Source of the DNA: Eledone cirrhosa
Taxonomy: Eukaryota
Direction: 5' to 3'
Assembly: GCA_964016885.1 (NCBI GenBank)
Contig: OZ024757.1
Coordinates: 23,808,001 to 23,872,000 of the forward strand
Length of the DNA stretch: 64,000 bases
In this document: one piece after another, positions 24,764 to 38,589 of the stretch
Layout of the letters: every line of letters starts with the position of its first letter
Numbering within the stretch: position 1 is the stretch's first letter
Program-made: the position numbers and the translations under genes
The notes under the pieces: generated by a model
The model's database searches: none
What the model was told of the DNA's origin: nothing
Seen by the model: only the letters and a program-made list of their open reading frames with translations

Positions 24764-25508
24764 CAGCTGTGGACAACTTCCAAAAGTCCCTGGCCTGGCA
24801 GTGCTACCGGGGAGCTCTACCAGTTCGAGACAAGCTCTATAGACATGGGCACTCGGGCAAGGACCCTTCTAAAAAGATCTGTCCGAGATGCGTGCGAGAC
24901 AAAGAAACCGTCGCGCACGCATTCATACACTGCCCGGGCGTTACCGACCTGTGGGGCTATGTAGAACGACTATTGTCGCGGGTGGGACCAATCCGGTTGA
25001 CCACCGAGTCCATTGTCATGATCAAACCGCCATCCTCCTTCAAAAACGAAGGAGAGGCGGTTTTCCTTTGTGTGATAGCTATGGTGAAAGAGGTTGTATG
25101 GTGGACGAGGTTAAAAGGGCTGAGGTCAGACACCTTTTTTTCAAATACCACTTTGGAAGAAGAATCAGGATGGAGAGAGAGGTGCTGTACCCCAGCAAGT
25201 TTTATAAAAGGTGGGTGAAAGTGGCGAGAATGGCCCGAGTGAATGGGCCTTCTCTCTATATCAGCCTGTAGGTTGAGAAAAAAGAGGAAGAGAGGAAAGG
25301 GGTACAAACTCTTCGTACTCCTAGAGATGAGGGTTGCACATTTTTTCGGAGGTTGTGTTATCCATATGTAATGTCTCCCCCTATTGGGGAAAATCGATTA
25401 ACTTTTAAATTGTATTTGTGATAATATTTTACACGTTTTTATTGTATGTAAACTTCCCCCTTTGTATTTGTCCCCTTCTTGTGTGCCCCTGTGGCTAATA
25501 AAGAAACA
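24764..25508 (+). mobile_element. L1/Tx1-like LINE 3' fragment
   Basis: LAWQCYRGALPVRDKL...CPRC...ETVAHAFIHC (zf-RVT-type CCHC), frameshifted. Ends with aataaagaaa. Confidence 0.75.
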
Positions 25509-25854
25509 ATCTATCTACTTACCTATCAATCAACCTACTTACCTATCAATCTACCTATTTACCTATCTTTTTATCTACCCACTCACCTACATATATACCT
25601 ACCTGCTTACCCACATACATAACCCATCACACCTACCTCCCACCTACCTATCTCCCCCACTTCCCCACCACCCATATCTCCCCCACCCCACACCCATCTC
25701 CCCACCCACACATATCTCCACACCCATCTCCCCCACCCCACCACCTAATCAATACACTCTTCAGGTACTTCGCTTCAATTATTCATGTAAATACCTATCA
25801 ATATTGCTGCTTGTTGCCAATAGCAACTGTTTGTTTATTTTTTTTTTATTTTCA

Positions 25855-26640
25855 TTGCATTGTTGTTGTTGTTTTACTAGTTGTTATTGTTTTACTAGTT
25901 GTTGTTGTTGTTTTACTAGTTATTGTTGTTTTACTAGTTGTTGTTATTGTTTTACTAGTTGTTGTTGTACTAGTTGTTGTTGTTTTACTAGTTGTTGTTG
26001 TACTAGTTGTTGTTGTTTTACTAGTTGTTGTTGTAATCATTGTTGTTGTACTTGTTGTTGTTATTGATATTGTCTTTGTCTTCAATGTCTTGGGCTCGTG
26101 TGGCCAATAAAAGAAATTGTTGTTGTTGTTGTTGTTATTATTGTTGTTGTTGTTGTCATTGTCATTATTGTTGTTGTTATCGTTATCATTGTTGCTGTTG
26201 TTGTTGTTGTTGTTGTTGTTTAATAGAAAGGTACAATAGAATATTTATGTCAGTAAGATGGAGTGAAGACTTGGACAAGAAATCCAAGCAGTTTGGTCAG
26301 TTGTTGGACTGGTTGTGGTCTGTAAGGGGTTGGACTGCCACCACTACCATTATACTGACCACCACCACTACCACTATCACCACTACTACCACCACTACCA
26401 CTATCACTATCACCACTAGCACTGCTACCATTACCACTACCACTACCACTGCCACCACTACCACTCCCATTATACTGATTACCACCACTACCACTATTAC
26501 AACTACCACCATTACCACTACCACTACTACCACTACTACCGCTCCCATTATATTGACCACCACCACTACTGCTCCCATTATACTGACCACCACCACCACC
26601 ACCACCACTAACACTACAATTAATACCACCACCGGCGGCG
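25855..26640. repeat. (TTG)n and (ACC/ACT)n low-complexity tracts
   Basis: Read directly. Confidence 0.93.
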
Positions 26641-27619
26641 GCGACGACGTTGTGGCTGTGAGCAAGATTTCCAAATTAATATCATCATCATCATCATCAC
26701 TAATTTACTTTTATCTTCCATGTAAACGGGTTCTAATGCCAGACAGGTCAGATAACTGTGCCTCACTCATGTGTCCCATTTGTGGCTTGGTTTCTATGGC
26801 CGGATGCCCTTGCTAATGCCAAAAATGTCATGTCATGTACCAGATGCCTTTTATCATGCCGCTGTCACTGCCTCTTCATATATGTGTATTGTTTCTCTTA
26901 GCAAATGTCCTACTTGCTTTGCTGAAACATCATAGCTATGTTGTAAGAAAATAGAAAATGAATGAGTAAGCAAGCTTTTATATCGTCATCATCATCATCA
27001 TCATCGTCACTGTTTTTTTTTCTAATTTTCAAAGCTAGCATGGGTTAGCTAGGTTGTCACGTTGTGAGAAAAGTCAGGTCCATAGACCTTGTCTTTCTCA
27101 TACAGATCTGTATTTTGGCTTGGTGATTCAACAAAAAACAAAGTGTTTGTTGAATCCCCAGTCTGACAAGCAGAACAGTATTGGAGTCAGGTTCATAACT
27201 TCCATGAGTGACCTTGAGCCAATCATCTGTGAAACACATGTAACAAGTTGATATGCAATAAAAACCTAAATACATGGAAATGAAACTTCATTGTTTTTCT
27301 TATTATATACAGTACACTGCCTGAGCATTGAGTACTTATATTAGTACCACTACTGAATCACATATACTATACATATACATCATCATCATCGTTTAACGTC
27401 TATCTTCCATGCTAGCATGGGTTAGACGGTTTTGTTCCATTTGATGTGGGCTTGGGCGGGAGACCGAATCTCGCTGGATGCCCTTCCTAACACCAACCAC
27501 ATTTACAGTGTGGACTGGGAGCCTTTTCACCATGTCCCCTACACGGCCACCTTACAGTCTGGACTGTTGTGTCATTGACACAGAGGACGGAACAGGAGAG
27601 GTAGGGTGTGGCGGTGGGT

Positions 27620-27800
27620 TGGGAGTATTGGTAGAGGGTCGGACACCATGCTTTGCAGCATAGAGTTACCGCCCTTTATGGCCTGAGTTCAAATCCCGCT
27701 GAGGTTAACTTTGCCTTTCATCCTTATGGGGTTGATGAAATAAAGTACCAGTAATGCACTGGGATAATTGCTGGCCTTGTGCCAAAAGTAGAAACAATTA
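27620..27800 (+). mobile_element. Nin/Deu-like SINE
   Basis: Same sequence as 378-557. Confidence 0.8.
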
Positions 27801-27801
27801 T

Positions 27802-27916
27802 TTAATATAGAAATAACTTCTACAGAACTAGAACTGTTTCATTCGTACGAAATCATCACTGATGATTTCATACGAATGAAACAGTTCTAGTCCTATGGAA
27901 GCTATTTCTATATTAA
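27802..27916. mobile_element. Fold-back element with its apex at the hammerhead core
   Basis: Near-perfect palindrome centred on C27859 (atcatca-c-tgatgat). The plus strand reads CTGATGA-tttcatacgaat-GAAACAGTT. The tail resumes after the MITE (28140-28222). Confidence 0.75.
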
Positions 27917-28135
27917 CCCTTTAATATTCAAACCGGCCAAAACCGGCCAGAATTCTCTACCTCTTTCTGTTGAAACTGGCTGTAACTGGTCACTCATACT
28001 GATGTTAAGATATTGTTCTCAAAATAAAAACTTCCAAAATCTCATAGATTCGATATATGTGAGATAACTATGCGAGGTAAAGCCTATACCATGAAAATAT
28101 AATAGTATATATAGAGTAATGTAAATGCTAAAGGG
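27917..28135 (-). mobile_element. TTAA-specific (piggyBac-like) MITE
   Basis: TTAA TSD, CCCTTTA/TAAAGGG termini. Reverse copy of 21009-21218. Confidence 0.85.
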
Positions 28136-28339
28136 TTAAATAATGATGTTTACACTCTACTAATGTATTGAGTACCTTTTTTAACTGTGGTTACCCCCCG
28201 ATTTTACTCAGGATCTACACGCACATTTATCCCAAATGCAAAAAAATAGCTGCAATAAGTCGATCACTATAAATAATTGTCGAGAACACACACATACACA
28301 CACACACATGCACACGCACACATACGTACACACATACAT

Positions 28340-28375
<36 letters not shown>

Positions 28376-28664
28376 ACACACACGCACACACAAGCACACA
28401 TTGTAATTTTCTATGAGACATTTATGCCCATTTATGGTGTGTTTAATTAAGTGTATATTTTAACGATGGGGGATTTAATGAGTGTCTTTGTAATGAGTGG
28501 AAAGAGGCAATTTCTTCAGTGGTCTGTCTTGTTAATTAGTCCACCTGCCTAACTAACTTCTTCATTAATAATATGTCTGTTGCTATTCTCAATGGAAACA
28601 TCTAGAATCACAGTTCCTTTGCTCATTTCACTTCTTAGAATTGGATATTTTCAAGGTGAACTTT

Positions 28665-28939
28665 GTGTATGTGTGTATGCGTGTGTGTTTCTCTGTATGT
28701 GTATATATATGCACACTTGTGTGTCTACGTGTTTGTGTACTTGCATACATGTATATACATGTATGTGTGTGTGTCTGTATATATATGTGTGTCTCTGTGT
28801 GTGTATATATGTGTATATATATATATATATACAAACACACATGTATGTACATGTATGTGTGTGTCTGTATATATATAAATATATATATGTGTGTCTCTGT
28901 GTGTATATATATACATACACATACATGTACGTGTGTGTC

Positions 28940-28980
<41 letters not shown>

Positions 28981-29600
28981 CTCTGTGTATATATATGTGT
29001 GTATATATATATACACACATACATGTATGTACATGTATGTGTGTGTGTCTGTATATATATATGTATCTCTGTGTGTGTATATATACACACACACATACAT
29101 GTATGTACATGTATGTGTGTGTGTCTGTATATATATATGTATCTCTGTGTGTGTATATATATGTGTGTGTGTATATATATACACACACACAGACACATGG
29201 AATCTTCAAGCTCCCTCAATTTGTGAAATACCTTTTCCCATTAAATCTTCCAGGTGTTTAATGATTCTGGTGGTGGCAGTGTGGGTGTTGGTGGTGGTGG
29301 TGGCAGTGTTGGTGTTGGTAGCAGTGTGGGTGGCGGAAGTGGTGGCAGTGTGGGTGGCAACAGTGGTGGCAGTGTGGATGGCAGCAGTGGTGTTGTTGCT
29401 GGTGGTGGCGGTGGTGGTGTTGCTGCTGGTGGTAGTGGCAGTGTGGGTGTTGGTGGTGGTGTTGCTGGTTGTGGCAATGGTGACAGTGCTGGTGATGATG
29501 GAAGATTTAGTGGTTTTGGCAGTGGTGATGGTTCTTGCAGTGTTGTTGCTGTTGTGGTGGTGGTGGTGGTGGTACTAATGTTGTTGTTGAAGGTGTTGTT
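28665..29600. repeat. Compound (TG/TA)n and (GGT)n low-complexity tracts
   Basis: Read directly. Confidence 0.92.
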
Positions 29601-30445
29601 GTGGTCTGTGTCATTATCCTGTTACTGGGAGTGTACTCTATGACCCAGACTGATGTTTCAGTGAGAGACAGAGTTTGGGTCAACAACAGGCTGTGATGTT
29701 TTGACTATACAGCAATCTGTAAAATAACCTCTAAACTAACACAACAAAAACAAAAAAAGAACTACATTATTTGGCAACTAACATTGTTTTACAACACTAA
29801 TATATATATATATATATATATATACACCCACCCATACACAAACACACCCACACACAAACACAAACACACACACACACATAGATAGATGATACACATACCT
29901 TCTCATGAGTAACCTAACTAGGTTTGAAAATTAATTCAAGGTATTTATCATTTATTTTTTTTGCACCTCACAGGGAAATACAGATATTTAGTATGTTTAC
30001 ATGTCTGTATACTAAAAATGTGTGTATTTAGATGCACATTTATGCAGTCTTGTTTACTTCTATCCTGTATATATGCAGATTTATTCTTCACTTACTTATT
30101 CCTAGGAGGGTCATGGGTGTAGAGTCCCCAAACACACCTTCAGCAGGTCCTGTTAGAAGCATCTGTCCCCAATTGATCTGACTATATCTTCAAGCAAGAC
30201 CAGCCAAGCTCATGGATGTTATCAAACCATCTTGTTCAGAGTCTACCCCCCTGGGTTTCCTGCTGGTTGGTTTTTGTCTGTAGAATCTGTCCAGCACATG
30301 TAACTTTTGTCATATTCGTTAGCTGTTCAGTTCATAATTTAATATATACATGCAACCCCCCACCCCCACCCCCCACCCCCATACGGTGGCAATAATATAT
30401 GGTCATTTGCATAATTCAGGGAAGTTGTATATAAAACTAGATTAA

Positions 30446-31100
30446 TCTGCCAAACAAAAGGTCAAGAAGACCCTTCAGTTGTGTTAAAGACATGACAATC
30501 TCCTTAGTGCTGGTGCTACAATAAAAGGCATTCAGTAAACTTTGTAAAGTTATTGGTGATAGGAAGGGCAGTCAGTCACAGACATCTGTCAAACAAAGGG
30601 TCAAACCTACTCTTCAGTTGTGTTAAAGACATGACAATCTCCTTAGTGCTGGTGCTACAATAAAAGGCATTCAGTAAACTTTGTAAAGTTATTGGTGATA
30701 GGAAGGGCAGTCAGTCACAGACATCTGTCAAACAAAGGGTCAAACCTACTCTTCAGTTGTGTTAAAGACATGACAATCTCCTTAGTGCTGGTGCTACAAT
30801 AAAAGGCATTCAGTAAACTTTGTAAAGTTATTGGTGATAGGAAGGGCAGTCAGTCACAGACATCTGTCAAACAAAGGGTCAAACCTACTCTTCAGTTGTG
30901 TTAAAGACATGGCAATCTCCTTAGTGTTGGTGATCTACATGATAAACACTCAGTATACTCCATAAAGTGGTTAGTGATATGAAGGGCATCCAGTCATAGA
31001 AAACCTGCCAAATAAAGGGTCAGGTCTAGTCATCTGTTGTGCCAAAGATATGACGACCTCCGTAGTGTTGGTGCCATGATAAAAGGTATCAGGTGCACTC
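30446..31100 (+). repeat. 139-bp tandem repeat (3 identical plus about 1.5 diverged copies), SINE-tail derived
   Basis: cttcagttgtgttaaagac recurs at 30473, 30612, 30751 and 30890. Contains ggtgataggaagggca. Confidence 0.93.
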
Positions 31101-32441
31101 TATAGAGTGCAGAAATGTATGTAAACGTGATGCAGCTCCTGGCTTATCTGAGAGATCAGTAACACTAATTAAGTATCAACCTATTGGTAGAGCTGTTGTC
31201 TCCAACCTTCCTATTTAAATGTTGATATCTTAAACCTTTTGATACTAAACCTACCCCCAAACTGCCCTCAGTTCTATTTGAAAAAACACTTCCATTTTAA
31301 AAGGTTCCTATTTAAATAAAAATCTTCGTGCATAGTTTCATATAAAAACCTTTTGTGCAGTTCTGTTACAAATAACATGTTTATAATGGTTTCTGATTTA
31401 GGCACAAAGCCAACAATTTTGTGTGAGGAGAAAGTCAAATCGATCTCAGTGCATTACTGGTACTTTATTTTACCGACCTCGTAAAGATGAAAGGGAAAGC
31501 TAACTTTGGTAGGATTTGAACTAAGAACCCAAAGGGACGTAACTCTATGCTGCAAAGCGTGTTGTCTGACACTCTACTGATACTGCCAACCCATTGCCCT
31601 TGATAGTTTCTGATTTAAGCATAAAGCCAACAACTTTGTGGGGAGAGTAAAGTCAATTAAATTGATCCCTAAAGATACTGCCAATCCCCTATTCTTATAT
31701 GTAAACATGTTATATGTATAATATGTAAATAATTGTTTCTACTTTTGGCACAAGGCCAGCAAATAACCAGTACATTACTGGTACTTTATTTTATCGACCC
31801 CCGTAAGGATGAAAGGCAAAATGTTAGTAAATCCCACAAAATCTTCATTAATTGACTAGAATAGAGTGTATCTCATTAGAAATATGGTAATGAAAGGGTT
31901 ATGTAGAGTTACTAATGACTGGAATGAAAAAAAAATGGAACTAAACAGGCAAAAAGGAAATAAATCAGATTGTTATAAAAATATTTTCAAGATAAATCTT
32001 GATATGGCAAAGATATATGGACTGACTATAAAATTTATGTAATCTTATCTCGGTCTGTATAAGTGAGTATTTGTGTGTATTTGTGTATATATATATATAT
32101 ATATACATATACATAATATATACACATAACATATACATATATTTATATTTATATATATTTACATATCATCATCATCATCATCATCATAGTTTCTAAGTGA
32201 ATCTTTCCATGCTTGTGGTGCTGAGATGGGGGAAACCACAAATCATGGAAATATTCAATGCAGGCAACACACAAGCTGAAACTGCTGGGCGACATGGTCG
32301 GGTTCATCCCTCTCTCTTCCTGTGTATATATATATCAGTGTGTGAGTGTGTATTTCTACTTATATTTGCATGAATATATGTACATACATACATACATACA
32401 TAAATGTATGTATGTATGTGTATATTTATATATATATATAT

Positions 32442-32444
<3 letters not shown>

Positions 32445-32524
<80 letters not shown>
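32445..32524. repeat. (CT)n microsatellite
   Basis: Read directly. Confidence 0.98.
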
Positions 32525-32533
<9 letters not shown>

Positions 32534-33044
32534 ATGTGTGTGTGTGTGTATAGTTTGTAGAGTGACATGAAATATTACAATATATAAATCAAGTAACCAA
32601 GTAACTATGGTACATTTTGACATGTTAACATTTATATTAAGTTGTCATTTAGTTTTTTAACAACTTTAGCTATGTTTTTTATTATTTTTTTTTTTATGTC
32701 CACATTCCATGCTGGCATGGGTTGGACGGATTGTCATGGTCTGAGACATGGTGAGGTGGGGAGACTTCAGCTTGCATATGATTTATTACAGTCCTGCTTT
32801 GAGCAATGTATGAGGCAGCCAACTGGCTGGCCAGACCTTCCTCATAATGGGTCCACTCAGTCCGACACAGTAAGTTTGGTTCGCAGTAGAAAAGGGCACC
32901 CAGCTGTGAAAATCCCAGCCAAAATACAGTTCCATTTGAGCAAGGTATGGCACAGCTAGCTGACCAGACTTGTCTTATAATGTGGATGACCCATCTAACC
33001 CATGTAAGCATGGAAAAATAGATGTTAAACAGTGATGATGATAT

Positions 33045-33386
33045 ATCATCATCATCATCATCATTTCATTTTACGTCCGCTTTTCCCTGCTTGCAAGGGT
33101 GGGACGGGAACTGATTCTGGCTTGATTTCTACAGCTGGATACCCTTCCTAACACCAACCTCATTTACAGTGAGTGCTGGGTGCTTTTTTGCCGTGGCACC
33201 TCAACGACCACTTTGCAGTGGAATGATATGGACCCCTATCATCTCATTTCTACAGCTGAGTAAACTGGAGCAATGTGAAATAAAGTGTCTTGCTCAAGGA
33301 AACAACACATCACCCGGTCTGAGAATTGAACTCACAACCTTTCGATTGCAAAGCCAATGCTCTAACCACTAAGCCATGTGCCTCCA
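33045..33386 (-). mobile_element. Full-length Meta-core/RTE-tail SINE (one unit)
   Basis: Reverse complement of the 21886 family, from ggaggcacatggcttagtgg to (GAT)n. Confidence 0.9.
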
Positions 33387-33604
33387 TATATATATATATA
33401 ATTAAAAAACGAAGTTAAAAACTCACATTAATCCCCTATAATTTAATGAGCTCTAGGAATAGATTCCGGGCTCTTTATAAATCAACGTATAGAGAAAAGT
33501 ACTCATAGAGATACGTTTTTAATCATAGGGGATCAAAAACCACTAGAATCAAATGGTTAGTACACTTTACTTTTTTGATGTGATACCAACATATATATTT
33601 TTTT

Positions 33605-33790
33605 TTTATTTATTTGTTATGGTTAAATAGTGAGTCTTGTTTGGAGTTTCACCTGCTTGATCACAGGATTGTCCGGGCAGGTGAAAGTTGACAGTAAAAC
33701 ACACACTATTTAGCCATAATAAATGAATATTTAAACTATACTTCAGTATTGAGTACTCTTTTCTCTCGTGTGTTAACTACATATGAATAT
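33605..33790. mobile_element. Diverged copy of the 241-637 fold-back family
   Basis: Shared arms and the tail cttcagtattgagtactc. Confidence 0.65.
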
Positions 33791-33814
33791 ATATATTTAT
33801 ATATCAGTATACAC

Positions 33815-34113
33815 TGAGGATGAAAAACTCAGAGCTGTATGGGAGCCTCCCAAAAGTCAGCTCAAAAGTGACACAGAGGAGACTGAGGTTAGCTGGACAT
33901 GCTCACCGACATCCAGAGTTGACACTGCACTCAGTGCTCCTGTGGGAGCCCGTTTATGGGCACACTAGAAGAGGAAGACCAAGGTTAACGTATGTTGATG
34001 CCCTAAGGACAGACACTGGTCTGTTGGAGACGCAGGACATGGCAGCGATAATGAGGGACAAAGATCGCTGGAGAGAACTCGTCCATGGATCTCGGGAATT
34101 TTACCCGCCCAAG
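33815..34113 (+). mobile_element. RTE-clade LINE 3' fragment
   Basis: RRLRLAGHAHRH...LLWEP...RRGRPRLTYVD...MRDKDRWR. Ends at (TA)n. Confidence 0.8.
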
Positions 34114-34140
<27 letters not shown>

Positions 34141-34147
<7 letters not shown>

Positions 34148-34335
34148 AAAAGTGGGAGGTTATATCTGTAGTAAGTAGAGTACTCAGTCCAGAGGTTGAG
34201 TTTGGTATAGAGTTAGTTCCTCAACAAATTAGCAAACCATACTCGAGGATGCGCATTTCACCTAGCAGATGCTCAGGTTGAAATTCTGGTAGGTGAAATA
34301 TGCCTCTTCGAGTATAGTTTGCTAATTTGTTGTGG

Positions 34336-34347
<12 letters not shown>
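34141..34347 (-). mobile_element. Fold-back element with one-sided tail between (TA)n tracts
   Basis: Arms about 34206-34264 and 34290-34347. Minus strand GAAATGCGCATC (palindromic stem III-like). The tail has GAGTACTC at 34178. Confidence 0.6.
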
Positions 34348-34384
<37 letters not shown>

Positions 34385-34389
<5 letters not shown>

Positions 34390-34738
34390 ATATTAAATAA
34401 ATGAAAACTATATTTATAAAACCATATTTATTTTATTATATATATTTCGAGAGTACCAAGACAACATTGGTACGCTTTCATCAGATAAAATACAAAGTTT
34501 GTTTCTTGGGTATGTCTCTATTTATAAAACAAACTTTGTATTGTATCTGATGAAAGCGTACCAATGTTGTCTTGGTACCCTTGAAATATATATAATAAAA
34601 TAAATATGGTTTTATAAATATAGTTTTCATTTATTTAATATCATTGAATATTTACTCCAGTAAACTGTTGAGTGCTCTAAATCAGTTATAAACATTTATA
34701 TTTGTCGGACTTCCAACAAATTAAATACCCCTTCTACT
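34385..34738 (+). mobile_element. Fold-back Penelope-like element with a hammerhead in each arm plus tail
   Basis: Arms 34385-34504 and 34527-34646. Plus-strand hammerhead 34539-34602 (CTGATGA 34547, GAAA 34583). The tail matches the reverse complement of 7688-7775. (TA)n on both sides. Confidence 0.8.
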
Positions 34739-36135
34739 TATATATATATATATACACACATAATGTGTGTGTGGAGGTGCATGGCCTAGTGGTAAGGGTT
34801 TGGGACTTACACTCATGATGTTGTGGGTTTGATTCCTCTATGGATTGTGTGTTGTGTTCTTGTGCAAAACATTTCACTTCATTTTGCTGAAGTATTCTCA
34901 GCTGAAAATAAGTACCAGCTATAGCTGGGGGTTTAACCCTGTGATAGACTGGCGACCTGTACAATCGCATCACGCCATACTCACAGTCGCATCAGGCCAC
35001 AGAAACTGGGAAATGTACCAACCTGATATGCCTCTGGGCTTAAGACATACTTTAAACTTTTTTATATATGTATACACACACACAGACACACACACTCACA
35101 CATATATGTATATATAAGTATATATGTGTGTGTGTGTGTATATATATGTTTGTGTATATATACGTTTGTGTATATATACCCCTACTCCATCCTCCCACTC
35201 CCACCAGCACCATCCTTTCTCTATAAAGTTATGTTGGTACCACAGAATGTCCAGTCCAAACTAAAGTGGTTGCGTAGGTGTCACAACAAAAAGCACCCAG
35301 TCCACTCTGTAAAGTGGTTGTGTAGGAGACAGTCCTATATGATCGAAACACGGTCACCTGATCAATCTTGCCTCGAGTGGGACAATTCTCGTCTAACCCA
35401 TGCTAGCATGCAAGATAGATGTTAAACAATGAGGATGATGATGTATATATGATGGACTCTCCTGCGTATATTGATGGATAAGGATTCAACAGTTTTCTAA
35501 GTTCAATTTTTATGGTTATGCTTAAATTGCACTTCAATTTAGCTGCCGACCTCTACATCAAGCCGCATTTAGTGTAGATGACAGGATTTTGAGTGGAGCG
35601 AGATGGAATATTTGCTTGGATCTTGGTGTTAGGTTTTCGATCACAAAAATGGACCAATTGAGATCTTTCATAGCTCTTTATACCTTCATGGCAGACAGTT
35701 GTCTATTTTCCATGGTCACCAGCTAGGGCTTCAAAAGTAGTGAAAGGTATGTTAACAAATTTAAGATTGATTAAATATGTGTAATGGTTTACCTACATTA
35801 TGTGAACATTATAAAGTTGACTGTAATACCTTGGGTGTGCATTCCTCATTCATCCATAGGACATGACCAGCCCATCTGAGTTGGGATTGCATCAGAAATG
35901 ACTCAACCCTACAGATGCTGCACCTCCTAAAGAGATCGGCATTGGAGACCATCATTGTTTTTACATCCATTTTTCCATGCTTCATGGGTTGGACAGGTCC
36001 TTCTCAGTGCGGCATCTCATCTCTCCACTCGTCATGATATATATATATATATATAGACATCATGTCAGTGTAATATTTGCAATTTCAGAACTACCCAAAA
36101 CTGATAGATTCATTTTCCATTTATTTGTTATAGTA

Positions 36136-36322
36136 TAATTGTTTCTACTTTTGGCACAAGGCCAGCAATTATCCCAGTGTATTACTGGTACTTTTATTTT
36201 ATCGACTCCGTAAGGATGAAAGGCAAAGTTAACCTTGGCGGGATTTGAACTCAGACCATAAAGGGCCGTAACTCTTTGTTGCAAAGCATGGCGTCTGACC
36301 CTCTACCGGTACTGCCAATCCA
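36136..36322 (-). mobile_element. Nin/Deu-like SINE
   Basis: Reverse complement of the 378-557 family. Confidence 0.8.
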
Positions 36323-37076
36323 CCAATGGTAGTGCTCCAGTGTGACCACAGCCCATGGATTATGACGATTTTGCAGACAGACCCCAAAGGGGAACCCCAA
36401 ATTAGATCATGAGCAAGTTTGTTGTATAACACCCATAACCTCAGGTAGTATCACACACACACACACACACATGCACACATATATATATATATATATATAT
36501 ACTCACATATGGATACCTTTCACAGATGAAATCACAATTTAGATAATAGTTTTTCTTTATATTTAAAAAAAAAGAGGATTTTCTTTGCTCTTGCACACAC
36601 ACACACACACATATATATATACAATAATTATAACGAGCCAGACAATTAGATATCATCTAGGATTGCCACTTTCCAAACACTAAAAAAATTGATTTTCCTT
36701 TTGCCTTTTTTTCGTTCATTGTCGTGTCTTCCTTTGTTAATTTTCCTAAGTTTATCATTACTAATCTGTGATTTACATTCAACGCAATATTTTACTTCCT
36801 TCTTCATCTTTTTTCCTTCCATTTTCCTTTTTCTACCTTTATTTTCTTTTTGTTTCACGACACTCTCACGCTATAAAAAGTACAATACCTTCTCCCTGAC
36901 GTCACATAAAATTTTATGTGTACATTTTATAGCTTAATTGTTATAAACTATTGTTTTGTCATGTCCCTTACTCCATGGACAGTGCTTTGGCTCCTGCCAG
37001 ACGCTGTGACCCTGTTTGGACCAGCAGTACTGTTGGTAGGGGTTGAAACTGCTTGAGTCCATCTCAACGACTGAAG

Positions 37077-37119
<43 letters not shown>

Positions 37120-37197
37120 TATGATATAAATACCTTGTGATGAGTAACCCAACTAGGTTCGGAAATAATTCAAGATATTTATCAACCTCATATATAC

Positions 37198-37279
<82 letters not shown>

Positions 37280-37652
37280 ATTACTATATCAAATTTTATG
37301 TTTGGTGGGTGAAGGTAATTATTTTATTACAGAGGAAGTTTATGAGATTGTTTTTAATATATTATTGTAATGAAGAATCCTGAGAAAGATATCTCTCTTT
37401 CAATATTACATATGATTAATCTTTGTAAGGTTGTTGTTGTTTGACCGAAGGACAACCTCAATCATGGGGATATTACGATCAGAGGTGTTTCAGGGTTATC
37501 CAATTATAATTTTTGTGTATGTCTATATTTACTATAAATAAGGGCCTCTGAATGTAAAGCACTTCTCAAAATGGTCTCAACCAACCTATGCCAGCATGGA
37601 ATATAGTACGTAAAAAAAAGATGATTATATGTATATATATATATATATATAT

Positions 37653-37990
37653 ATTCTCAGACCAGGTGATGTGTTGTTTCCTTGAGCAAGACACTTTATT
37701 TCACATTGCTCCAGTTTACTCAGCTGTAGAAATGAGATGATAGGGACTGGGGTCCCTATCATTCCACTGCAAAGTGGTCGTGGAGGTGCCACGGCAAAAA
37801 AGCACCCAGCCCACACTGTAAAGTGGACGTTGAGGTGCCACGGAAAAAAAGCACCCAGCACTCACTGTAAATGAGGTTGGTGTTAGGAAGGGCATCCAGC
37901 TGTAGAAATCGAGCCAGAATCAGTTCCTGTCCCACCCTTGCAAGCAAGGAAAAAGCGGACGTAAAATGAAATGATGATGATGAATGATGA
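37653..37990 (+). mobile_element. 5'-truncated Meta-core/RTE-tail SINE (two units)
   Basis: Starts within the B box, next to (TA)n. Confidence 0.85.
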
Positions 37991-38018
37991 TATATATATA
38001 TAAATGATGATTATATAT

Positions 38019-38198
38019 AATTGTTTCTACTTTTGGCACAAGGCCAGCAATTATCCCAGTGTATTACTGGTGCTTTATTATATCGACCCCCGTAAGGATG
38101 AAAGGCAAAGTAACCTTGGCGGGATTTGAACTCAGATCGTAAAGGGCCGTAATTCTTTGCTGCAAAGCATGGCGTCCGACCCTCTACCGATACTGCCA
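38019..38198 (-). mobile_element. Nin/Deu-like SINE
   Basis: Reverse complement of the 378-557 family. Confidence 0.8.
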
Positions 38199-38562
38199 AA
38201 GGTGCCTATACTCTATCTTTTTTAACTGTGGTTACTCCCCCCCCCCCCCCCACACACACACACAACCCGGGGAATCTACTCGTATTCTACATACATATAT
38301 ATATATATATATATATGTCCCTGTGATATCGATGGGCGTGAGAATGAGTACTCAATACTAAAGTAGAGTTTAGATATTCTTTATTATAGCTAAGTCTTGT
38401 TACTCTGGAGTTGTACCAATTAACTATATTATATCATCATCATCATCATTTAATGTCCATGTTTCCACGCTTGCATGGGTTAGACGAGTTATCCATATTG
38501 TCCACGCATGCAGTTTTTCCACGATTAAGTCTGTTGGCGGCCCGTGTTCCAAAATACCTTAT

Positions 38563-38589
38563 CCCGTGCAACGCCGGGTACCACTGCTA

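Noticed and set aside
25462-26816. Cys-rich metallothionein-like and Thr-rich mucin-like ORFs
   Set aside because: They are translations of (TTG)n and (ACC)n tracts with no supported splice context.
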